Shown in pieces: positions 48,914 to 59,267 of a stretch of DNA of 64,000 nucleotides. Source of the DNA: Chrysemys picta bellii (taxonomy: Eukaryota); contig NC_088792.1 in the NCBI RefSeq assembly GCF_011386835.1, positions 9,920,001-9,984,000 on the forward strand, given 5' to 3'. The translations under genes were made by a program, and so were the position numbers. Positions within the stretch are counted from its first letter, which is position 1. Every line of letters starts with the position of its first letter. The notes beneath the pieces are model-generated. The model did not search any database and was not told the DNA's origin. It worked only from the letters and a program-made list of their open reading frames with translations.

Positions 48914-49043
48914 GTGGTATAAAGATGGTGCCCCGCTGACAGACATCAATAAATACCAGACTTTCAGTGAGCCACGGAGTGGCGTGTTAGTCTTGGTGAT
49001 CAAAAATGCTTCTAAGGAGGACATGGGACACTATGAATGTGAA
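48914..49043 (+). CDS. OBSCN: OBSCN exon 28: Ig domain middle
   Basis: gcacag acceptor, GAA|GTAAGT donor; WYKDGAPL...SEPRSGVLVLVIKNASKEDMGHYECE; 130 nt. Confidence 0.94.
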
Positions 49044-49829
49044 GTAAGTTCAAACAGATTTCAACCGCTGCTGTTTGGCTCATCATAATGTAAGAATTTC
49101 TTCTCTCTGAGGACAGATTTTTGACTGTGTTATTGTATCTGAAGTGTTACACGCAACGTACCAAGAAGCTCAAAATAAAGGAGGGATGGGCCCAACTATT
49201 TGGGGATACTCTGATCTGAGATTTTGGGTCATCAAATAATATAAAAATGAGGCAGTTTGGAAATCAGTTTAGATTCCAAATCTACCCCAGGCAACGTTCA
49301 GATGTTCTGATGTGGAGTTTTGCTTTGGGCCCATCACTAAATTAAAGAGATCCTCCCCACTCCAGACAAACATCCAGACAAGAAAGAGCACTTTTGGACT
49401 TCAGCCAAAAGGGCAACCATTGAAATTCCCTTTTATTTCAAAAGCTTAGTAGGAAGTAACTAAGAAAATCAAATCATATATGTCGGGGCAGGCAATTTCA
49501 GTTACTTGAAAAAAGAAATTGCACTTCATCTTTTGTAGTAAGTCAGTAGTAAATCCTTAGTAGTAAAGTAGTAACATAAATTGCACTGATTTGAGATGTG
49601 CACACTCAAGGGATCTGCTTCATAAGTATATTTCCCGAGGGCCAGATTCTTCTACTGCCGGATTCAGCTAACTTCTGTTGAAGTTACTTGAATCTTGCCC
49701 CTTGGATTCAGTTGAGCCATTTATGCAGTCCTGAATTGCACATATGGCCTTGGCTGCAGCAGGGTAAAGTGGGGATTGACTGTATAAAATTATCCTACAT
49801 TTTACTGTGTATTGCTTGATTCTTGTTAG

Positions 49830-49935
49830 CTGATGAACAGATTAGGCACAGCAAGGAGTGGAGCGGATCTTTGCCATCAGAGTGCAGCATTATTGACCCA
49901 GGAGAAGAGGGGAGACCAAGCCATTACTATAGAAG
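49830..49935 (+). CDS. OBSCN: OBSCN exon 29: Ig end and linker (LMNRLGTARSGADLCHQSAALLTQEKRGDQAITIE)
   Basis: cttgttag acceptor, AAG|GTATGA donor; matches recalled human LVNRLGSARASAEL; 106 nt, phase 0-1. Confidence 0.9.
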
Positions 49936-50745
49936 GTATGACCCTTTGCCAGCTCTGTAAGTATAACATTGAATTACCCTAAAGTCATCTTCTTGAGGGT
50001 TGAATATATTTGCCATCTTATCATACAGTCTTATTCATGTTGATTGTCAGCGTACATGTGTCTGTATGTCCATCTATGCGTGTATGCGTATACTGCAGAT
50101 CATGTATACCCATCACGCACTTAGTTGATTTCCAAACCGATGAAATCAATGAATTATCTTATCATATAATGTTGATGGGATACATTAAATGGCAAAGGAG
50201 GAGCAAGCCAGGGGTTTATTTTGCTGCCACTAATTCTGGTGATTTTTTGATTCTTTCCATTTGAACTAGCAATAGTGGTGTTTCAGTCTAGACGCAGAAT
50301 GTGATATGAGCTACTCCGAGGAAAGACAGGGCTCAATAACTAAAGCTCAGCAGAAATACAGTGGCCTCCTAAAATGACACATGAGAATATGTGGAATTGT
50401 CAAAGAAATACATCTGATGGATCAGCTGGGTTTCCAAGCACGGGTGTGAATAGGTGTTAATTTACCTGTTAGCAAGTGATACATTGATATTAAACATCAC
50501 ATGTTCATGGAATCCATTCCTTTTTTAGGAGTGTTTTTGGTTTGTTTGTTTATTTAACTTAAGTTGGTAAGAACTCCAGTGGAGAGGTCTTTCTCTTCAT
50601 TTCTTAAGAGGGCTGCTGTCCTAAGTTATCTTGTCCTTTGAATTATTTCTACTAGAAATATGTAAAGAATACAAACTACACCCTTCATAACTGCACTTAG
50701 GCAGCACTGAATGTCAGAGGTTTGCAAACAGCTACGGAATTTATT

Positions 50746-53255
50746 TTCTCCTTCGAGTGATTGTGCATAGATACATTCCACTGTAGCTGTCTGTGCATCC
50801 AGTGCACTCAAGATGGAGACTTTTGCCAGCAGTACCACCAGAGGGCACATGCCCCCTGCTTCCGTCATGTTCAGAGCTGAGGGCATAAAAGGGGCATGGC
50901 CGCTGCCTCCTTCTCAGTTCCTTCTGTGGCAAGAGTTGGGAGTTCCCTGTGGCTCTTTAGTTCAGTTAGCCGATTTCTAGAAAGAGATTTCTCTAAATGT
51001 GTATGGTTCTAATGACAGTTTAGGCTTAAGGCAGTTTAGTATAGTTTAGTTTATTAGATAGTTCTTTCATTTGGGGGTTTAGTATGGAGAAATCCCCAGG
51101 ATTCAAATAATGTGCCATATGCAGGCATAAAAGCTGGAACTAGGAGTGCTGGGGGTCCTGCCGCACCCCCTGGCGGCTTGAAGTGATTTACAGTTTACAA
51201 GGTTTACAGTTTGGTTCAATGGCTCTCAGCACCCCCACTATAAAAATTGTTCCAGCCCCCCTGTATGCAGGGCCGTAATCCTTGTTGCAGATAAGCACTA
51301 GAGAAGAGAGAGAGAGAAACATGGGAGGAAGGCAAGAAACTCGCCACCTGGGGTCATCCTCCTGGATCCTACCGTCTCTTGAGGACGACACACTGCCCGT
51401 GGCCAGAGAAATGAGCAGCCCCTGAAAACGGGGACCTTGTCTCCCTCGTAGCCACAGTTGGTCAGGAACCTTTTCTTACAAACCCAGCCCCAGGTAACGG
51501 GGCGTCCCTGTCTGGAATACTCAGTAATAGACCAGCCTGAACAACAAGTGCAGGAAGTTCTACCTCAGAGCAGGCCACAGCCTGGGCCCTGTCATGGATG
51601 CCTTCCTTCTTCCCTGGTCGAGCCATCTGCTGTATGCATTGCCTCCAGTCCTTCTCATTTTGAGGGTGATCAGGAAACTAAAGAGAGACAAGACAACCAT
51701 AATTTTTATAGTGCCGGCCTGGCCAAGATAATACTGGTTCATGTACCTACACCGACTCTCCATTCGGTCACTCATAACTTTACCCCTTGTTGACGATCTC
51801 CTGTCTCAAAACCAATGTCTCTGTATCCAACTCGCAATCTCTCCGCCTCACCGCATGGATGATCTCCGGTTGAGTAATCAGGAGAGATTATGCTCCCAAG
51901 ATGTCCAAGCGATCTTGGTAAGCCGCAGAATGGATTCCACCTGAGTGACCTATGCAGTGAAATGGAAAAGGTTTTTGATCTGGGCGGAATCTCACAGTGG
52001 TTAGACACATACTGGACTACCTACTGCATCTAAAATTTTCTGACCTCTCAGTTAGTTCATTGAGAATCCATCTGGCATCTGTCTCTGCAGTACACCTTGT
52101 AGCGGAAGACTTTTCTATCTTTTTGCATCTCTTGGCTTCCAGATTTCTAAAGGGTGTTGTTAATGTGCACCTTATCATGTCCGATCTGGTACCTTTGTAG
52201 GATCTGAATCTAGTTCTGACCCATTTAATGGGTCCCCCCTTTGAACCTCTGGCAACATCATCCCCTGTCACCATTATCAGTGAAAACAGCATTCTTGTTA
52301 GCAATTACCTCTTACTAGGAGAGTCTCAGTGCTTCTAGCACTCTTAGTTGACCCTCCTCTCACAGTTTTCAACGAAGATAAAGTTTCCCGTAGGCTGTAC
52401 CCTACGTTTATGCCAAAGGTGGTGTCAACCTTCTACTTTAATCAGATTATTCATTTCCCATTATTCTTCCCGAAACCTCATTCTATCAAGGCTGAAGAAA
52501 AGCGTCATGCCTTAGATGTTTGTAGGGTTTGGGCATTTTACATAGACCATACAAATGTTTCAGATGCTGCCCCAAAATCTTTGTAGCCTCCGGTGAAAGA
52601 ATCAAAGGAGATCAGTTGCAGCTCAGTGTATCTCACATTGGATTTCTGACTGCATCAAGCTTTGCTTTGATCTTGCTAAGGTCTCCCTTCCACGAAGGAT
52701 AACTGTGCTCCACTGGGGCTCATTCCATTTCATCAGCCTTTTTAAGCAACATTCTTATATGGGACGTGCCAAGCAGCAACGTGATCATGGGTACATACCT
52801 TCCCCAGACACCATGCTATTACACGGGCTTCCTGAGAGGACGCCAGCATCGGCAACTTGGCGTTGCAGTCTCTTTTCAGTTAATCTGCAGTCCCACCATC
52901 TGTAGCAAAACTGCTGGTGAGTCACCTCCCGGGCAATGTATACATGCACAATCACTTGGGAAGAAAAAATTGTTCCTCATCTGCACAATAACTGTTCTTC
53001 TTCGAGATGTGTTGTGCACATATACGTTCCATGACCTTCCCCGCTGCTTCAGGAGTTAGATACATGGCAGTGCAAAGTAATGGAGAGGGAGGTGATAGCT
53101 GTATGCCTTCTGTGCTCTCTGCTCTGATCACACGAGAGTAGGGCCGCATGCATTGCTTAGTGGTACTGCTGGCAAAAGTCTCTGGCTTGAGTGCATTGGG
53201 CTCACATACGGATGTATTGGAATGTATATGTGCCCAACACATCTCGAAGAACAAG
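50746..53255 (+). mobile_element. DIRS1-like tyrosine-recombinase retrotransposon, internally deleted and decayed
   Basis: Inverted terminal repeats about 50746-50838 / 53159-53254; ICR-like copy about 52990-53030; remnants LYALPPVLLILRVIRKLKRDKTTIIFIVPAWPR (methyltransferase-like, about 51588-51730), ILDYLLHLKFSDLSVSSLRIHLASVSA and PTFMPKVVSTFYFNQIIHFPLFFPKPH...LDVCRVWAFY (tyrosine recombinase). Confidence 0.85.
51126..51263. mobile_element. hAT-type MITE nested in the DIRS element
   Basis: Imperfect TIRs ca...gctggaac / gttccagc...tg; perfect 8-bp TSD TATGCAGG. Confidence 0.8.
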
Positions 53256-53261
53256 AGTCAC

Positions 53262-53360
53262 TGTTCTATATGCATCCGAAGAAGTGGGCTGTAGTCCACG
53301 AAAGCTTATGCTCTAATAAATTTGTTAGTCTCTAAGGTGCCACAAGTACTCCTGTTCTTT
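53262..53360 (+). mobile_element. Penelope-like element terminal fragment abutting the DIRS right end
   Basis: tatatgcatccgaagaagtggg...ttagtctctaaggtgccacaagtactcctgttctt, the reverse complement of the 3317-3410 type. Confidence 0.85.
53272..53311 (+). ncRNA. Minimal type-I hammerhead ribozyme-like motif (CCGAAGA core variant), sense to OBSCN
   Basis: GCAU-CCGAAGA-A-GUGGG-cuguag-UCCAC-GAAA-GCUU-AUGC; predicted site after 53307. Confidence 0.62.
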
Positions 53361-55011
53361 GTACAGGTAAGTGAGCACTTTTTCACATCACTGGCATTTG
53401 AATAGTGACAGCACTCAGGATTTCTATGCAGGCCGTGACTGGGAGAAAGTGTACTCTCGACAATTACTTTTGCCTTGAAGCTAGTGTTAATGTCGGGAGT
53501 CAGAAACCATAGGCTACCCAGATTAGTGTCCAGGCCTATAATTTATTTAGCCTGTTTGGAATCATTATATGTTTCTAATGACCTAGAAAAGTTGGAATTT
53601 ATTCATTATTTCCCTAAACTTCTGAATCCTTATAGAAACCCAGGTAATCTCATACATAGTCACATAATTATTTTCCTCTGCTTTATGCTCACTTCCTTTG
53701 TGGCCTTGTATTATGGTGATCAAATTATTGAGGACTGCAGGGGAGAACTTTATTGGGATTATCAGTACCATAACTTAATCAGCTGGAGGGGTGCTGTTTC
53801 CTTAAAATGCTCTACTCAGGGAGCGAATGTGTTGAACCCAGAATGCTGATAAAAATGTACAAAACACCACCAGAGTGGCATATCTTGGTGCATTTACCTT
53901 GTAGGAGGCTAAACTGCAATTTATTAACATTTAAAGCAAATTAGATGAAAATGTTATAATAAAAAGTAAGAATTGCAAAACTGCATTAAAAGTGTTGTTT
54001 AGGTTATAGCATTGTAAGCATTTAAATTCATCTTGGAATTACTCATGTTTTTATATCATACATTTGTATAGTTCCTATAAAAGTAATTGTTTTGTGGCGT
54101 TGATTGAAGAAATCTAACACGGCAATTGCCTGGGAGCACCAGGAGTACTGTGAAATAAAACAATTCGTTGTTTAAACTGGAGAGATACTGGTTGTGACTA
54201 GTGGTTATTGGGTTCAAACCGGCATAGTTGAAGGAAATAAGGCCCCAATCCAACTCCAGTTAGTCAGTGAAAGATGGGTCGGGGCCTTCCAGAGCAAAAT
54301 GTTAAAATGAGCCAAAGTCGTCCCTATAATATCTTCATTGCATTCGACGGAGTTGCACCAAAGATGAATTTGGCCTAATACGTGTAAGTGAGGAAAGAAC
54401 TATTGGTTGTATAACATCCAATAATCTGTCTGGATATATCTGCTGGGAAGCCAGTCTCCCCTGGCAAAGAACAGAAGGACAGACAGACTTGATGAGAGCC
54501 ATCTCTTTCAATCCTTATGATTCTGCGTATTGGTGGCAATGTTATTGTTTGTGACTTCAGCAGGAAGATAAGCTATCACAGTGTGATATTATTACAGTGG
54601 AGAAAAGGCATTGGGCCTGGCCCACTCCCACACACCAGCACTGTTTCTAAGAGTTTTACCTATTTAATAGTTGTTTGCAGTTGGCTGTATGGTGTGATTG
54701 TTGCCAGTTCTTCCTGTGACTCTCACAGAGATTTTTGTTGCCATTGTTTTTTTCCCTTGCCTTTCTGTACTGTTACCTCTGTTTATTTCACTGAGCCAAA
54801 CATTGTTTATTACTCTCAGTATTAAATGAATAAATCCTGTTGTGCACAATTAGCAATCCAGGCACCAAGCCTGCAATGTGTAGGGTTAAATTCTGCCCTC
54901 AGTTAGCACCTGGTCACTGCATTGAAGTCAACTGAGAACTGATTTAAAAACAGAAATCCAAATTCAGGAAGAATTTTAGGACTTTCACACAACTATTTGT
55001 AGGGTTAAAAT

Positions 55012-55029
55012 GAGAGAGAGAGAGAGAGA
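55012..55029. repeat. (GA)n microsatellite
   Basis: Nine consecutive ga units. Confidence 0.85.
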
Positions 55030-55394
55030 ACCTTTCTATTTGAGTTCAAGTTGAATATCTGCTTTGCAACCAAACTCCTTGCTGCTTAATTTAGATGTCG
55101 CAAATCTTTAAAGACATGCTGATTCGCAATGGCTCTAGCTTTCATGTTTAACATCATAATACAGCAAATTATTCAACCCAGGTTCACTAACTTGCAATCA
55201 CCTCACTTTTAAAAACAAAACTGCAACATTTCTGAAAGTTGTTGAATTCCCATCATCTCTGACTGGCATGGTACAGACTAGGAGATGACAAATGGAAAGC
55301 TTTATATTAGCAGGAATAATTATAAGCACAAGTGGAAATAAGCAAGATTTTGCAGAAGAGTGAACACTGGGATGGAGCGTGTTTATAGCAGGGA

Positions 55395-55575
55395 AATGGG
55401 AATCTGGATTCCTGGGTTCCATTCTTACCTCTGCCACTGGCTCAATGTAAGACCTTTGGCAAGTTACTTAATCACTCTGTGCCTCAGTTTGCCTGGTAAT
55501 ACCTGTCTCACAGAATAATGTTAAGTGTTCTGAGATTCTCAAAGGCAAGATAGCTGTAGAAGTACAAAGTATTTT
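55395..55575 (+). mobile_element. MIR/CORE-SINE-like fragment
   Basis: gacctttggcaagttacttaatcactctgtgcctcagttt is the MIR core; similar fragments near 20610, 24590-24960 and 27985-28200. Confidence 0.6.
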
Positions 55576-55757
55576 TAGTTCTGTTTTTCCCACTGTCCTG
55601 CCAAAGAGCTAGAGAATGTGGGTTTGCTGCCTAGACTTTTTAATAGTTCAATTTTTAGGGTGAAGGTCATGATATTATTTTTTTCATTGTTCTCTTATTA
55701 TTAATTTGCTATTATTATTGATGTTTATTTTTAATTTCGGGGTGGCAATGGGTTGGG

Positions 55758-55950
55758 GGGAGGGATAGCTCAGTGGTTTGAGCATTGGCCTGCTAAACTC
55801 AGGGTTGAGCTTTCAATCCTTGAGGGGGGCCACTTAGGGATCTGGGGCAAAATCAGTACTTGGTCCTGCTAGTGAAGGCACGGGGCTGGACTTGACCTTT
55901 TGGGGTCCCTTCCAGTTCTATGAGATAGGTATATCTCCATATATTATTTA
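55758..55950 (+). mobile_element. Tortoise-type Pol III SINE (tRNA-derived head, CR1-like tail)
   Basis: A box TAGCTCAGTGG (55766-55776), degenerate B box gagctttcaatcc (about 55807-55819), tail ggggtcccttccagttctatgag resembling the CR1 3' end. Confidence 0.88.
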
Positions 55951-57128
55951 TTGTACCATGCACAAGAACATCTCAGTCATAGCAAACACACAGTATTGTT
56001 TCCAAGTAAAGGCTTCTAAAACTATAACTTTACTTTTCCAACCCCAGTTTTTCTTTAGAGAAAAAGTAGAATATTTGTATTTCATACAAAGCAGTTTAGA
56101 AAATTCTGTTCTGTCCGTGAATTGTCTGCAGTGTAATTAGATTCAACAGTTGATGGTACATTTGTAAAAAACAAAAAAACAACCAATAACATTGTGTATT
56201 AACTGGTAAAATTAGCACCAAGGATCAAGAAAATTCAGTAATCATCTTCCTTGATATACATGCTCAGTGCATCCTGCGCAATGGAATATTATGGTTTTCA
56301 GAGGGGGACAAGGTTGAATTTACAGATTGTAATAAAAATCACGTTGGAAATCATCTTTCATGCATCTCAAAGTTATGAGGGTTCTATTTGCCTTCAAACG
56401 CATTCTTATAATCCTTTCATAATGTGTGAGCTGTTGGTTTAACGTATTAACAAAAACGTAGAATCGTTGGCTGAACCTAATGCTTAGAGCTGTTAATCTG
56501 CTTATCAGGATCTCCTGCTTTGCAAAGCTGTTTTTCTAAAATGCTACAAAAAAGTTGAAATGATAAATCCTACAAATAGTACTGATGCAGGAATGTTCCC
56601 GAATTCCCTCATCCTACTTTCATGTGGTTCTATCTTTCATACGGGATTGCTTCAAATCTATCAGACCTTGGAGAGTCTATATAAACTGCCATGCACTAAA
56701 TTAAAGTTTTAATTTAAATATTTAGGGCCCATATACCCCATTTTATGATTGGCGCTCTTGTGCCCAGTTCTGCAGAACTTTTGTATACAGAATCTCCATT
56801 GACACCAGTTGGGAGTTCTGCATGCAGAATGACCAGGACTGTTGTCAGTTGGAAGGGAGTGCAAGATCAGACATTGATCATGGGAATTGTGTGCAAGGAC
56901 AGAGAACAGTGCATTTAGGTTTGGCAGTGTATTTATTTAGGTTTAATAAGGTGCAGTTCAATAAAATACCAGTTACTAATGTCACACATTTATTGATATT
57001 TCCTAACTGAACATTTGATACAGTTCTTTTCTGTTAGACAATTTTGGATACTCATTACATACATTTTTAACAATCAACTAGTATTCAACATACAGTAACT
57101 GTTAAAAAACCTCATAAAATATATTTAT

Positions 57129-57194
57129 TTAGAATCATAGAATATCAGGGTTGGAAGGGACCTCAGGAGGTCATCTAGTCCAACCCCCCTGCTT
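57129..57194 (-). mobile_element. CR1 LINE extreme 3' tail (antisense)
   Basis: tagaatcatagaatatcagggttggaagggacctcaggaggtcatctagtccaaccccctgct. Confidence 0.8.
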
Positions 57195-59224
57195 TACATC
57201 GTATATCTATTGCACACTAATTAATCTTCATAAATATATTGGACCTGATTCTCATTTGCTTACTTTGATTTAAACCAGGAGTAACCCATCTGGAGGAGTA
57301 TTTCTGTTAGTTTGTTATATCCAAATTGTTTATCTATTTGGGAATCTTGACTTAAAGGGTTCATGATTCTATGAACATTTCTAACCTGGATGCAAACGCA
57401 AAATACTGTTTACGGGCCCAGTCCAACTTCCATGTAAAGCAAATTTTAAATAGTTTCAAAAGTTTTTCAAGTTACTAACGAAATAAATATCTAGGCTTAA
57501 AATTTTATTTAATTTTGAAGACAAAACGTTTGAAAATAATTTCTTCCTATATTTAATAGCTATAGTCTAAATTCTAGATTCTAGTCCAAAACTGGTCTCA
57601 TTTAAACCAGTGTAAATATAGTGTAACTCCATTGACATTAATGAAAAAAATCTAGATTTACATAGCGTCACTGAAAGCAGAATCCGACCGTCTGTGTTTG
57701 CCTAACGGAAACTGGAAGACAGCACGGAACAGCCACCTGCTCTTTTTTTATTTAGGCATTTGTGAAACTAGCACTCCAGCAGAGAAAACATGGAATATTG
57801 ACATCAACTTCTGTACAAAATTCTCCTTTACCTCAATAGGATTTCCATGCTTAGCTCAATGGCAGTATAGGGCCCTTGTAAATTAAGTGAAGGTGAAATT
57901 AAATTTCAGATATCTTGTCTTATAATTTAAATATATTTTGAATTTTTTAGTCTATAGACATGTTGGTGACCATTTAAAGAATCAGGATTTGCTAAAAGAT
58001 GTATCAGAGATTAGATTTTTCGCCCCTGTATTTTGACCAGGAACTATCTGTGATATCTCAGATATTGCTGTGTAGTAACTCTTGGTAACTTTTGTACAGC
58101 AGCCACTGTTACTGTACAGATAATGACTTGGGACAATAAAAGGCTTTCTTTCAAAAACGACGACGAAAATTTTGCAGTTCACTTTTAAAGTCTTTTTTTA
58201 ATTATACAAACTAAATAATAATAATACTGGAGCTTATTTGCTTTATGAAGCTGGTTGCTGGAAATATAATTCAAAGAAAAACTTGGCCTTTTAGAAGCTC
58301 ACTAACTTGTCACTGAACAAAGACTGGGGCTTGGAGTCTTGTTTTGCAAAATCCCACTTGTAGTCAGCAGTTCTGAGTGCATTAAATACAGTCTAGTTCA
58401 TATGGTGTCATGATGCTGTACCGACAGATTGGTAGAGAAAATGATGAAAATCTCTATTAGCTTTTGAAATGTTACACCTCTTTGCTTTTCCTTTTTTATT
58501 AAATCTTTAACTTAAAAAAATCTTCGATTACTCCATCCTATCTGAAATCTTTATGTTGCACCACTAAAGCAGTATTTTATATTATGGGGGCATAGATAGA
58601 GAGCTATACAGAGTTAATATGCATGGATGGAGCAGACATATGCATACTGTAGGCATATAGATGGACTCTCATTTTGGAGAGCTTTTTTGTGCTAGTTTTC
58701 TATAATGATTTTTTTTTTTTCATTTTGATAAGCTTGGATCTTGAATCCACTTTGCAGAAGCCTGAAAACTGACTGATTATTTAGTCCGGGAAACTCCAGA
58801 AACAATACACAGATGTTTTCCAGAAACATGACAATCATAGGTTAAAGGATTCCAGCTCTGCTGAGTATTCCCTAGAGAGACATATTTTGATCTCTCACAT
58901 GGTAGCTTGCAGAAGTTTTGATTTTCCAAAGACAAATGCCAGGATATCAAGGTGGAAAAAACAGTTCCTTTTGTTTTAGAACATTGTCTCCATAAGAATC
59001 CACATCAGCTCAAAACCATTCCTTGCATAGGCAACATTGGGAATCCCCAGTACCGATCAGAGACGCTAAGGATAACACTGCAGATAACCACAGAAAGCAT
59101 GGATGGGGATGATACATGTGTTTTATCATTCAAGTTTCTCTTGATTAACTTAACAAAGTTAATTTAATCATTTCAGCTTTTGCCTTTCTTTAACCCCATG
59201 CTGTTCATACTGTTTTCTTTGTAG

Positions 59225-59267
59225 TCACTGAACAAGAGACTAAAGTGCCCAAGAAAACCATCATCAT
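59225..59267 (+). CDS. OBSCN: OBSCN exon 30: 43-nt exon of the obscurin-A C-terminus (VTEQETKVPKKTIII)
   Basis: ttttctttgtag acceptor, GTAAGT donor; near-identical to recalled human VTEQETKVPKKTVII; phase 1-2. Confidence 0.92.

Noticed and set aside
54560-54650. Exon-like stretch QEDKLSQCDIITVEKRHW... after ttcag in the long last intron
   Set aside because: No suitable GT donor before the in-frame stop, wrong phase for the upstream donor, and no obscurin similarity I can recognise
55758-55830. tRNA-like sequence
   Set aside because: Head of a tRNA-derived SINE continuing into a CR1-like tail, with a second copy at 32611; degenerate B box; not a tRNA gene
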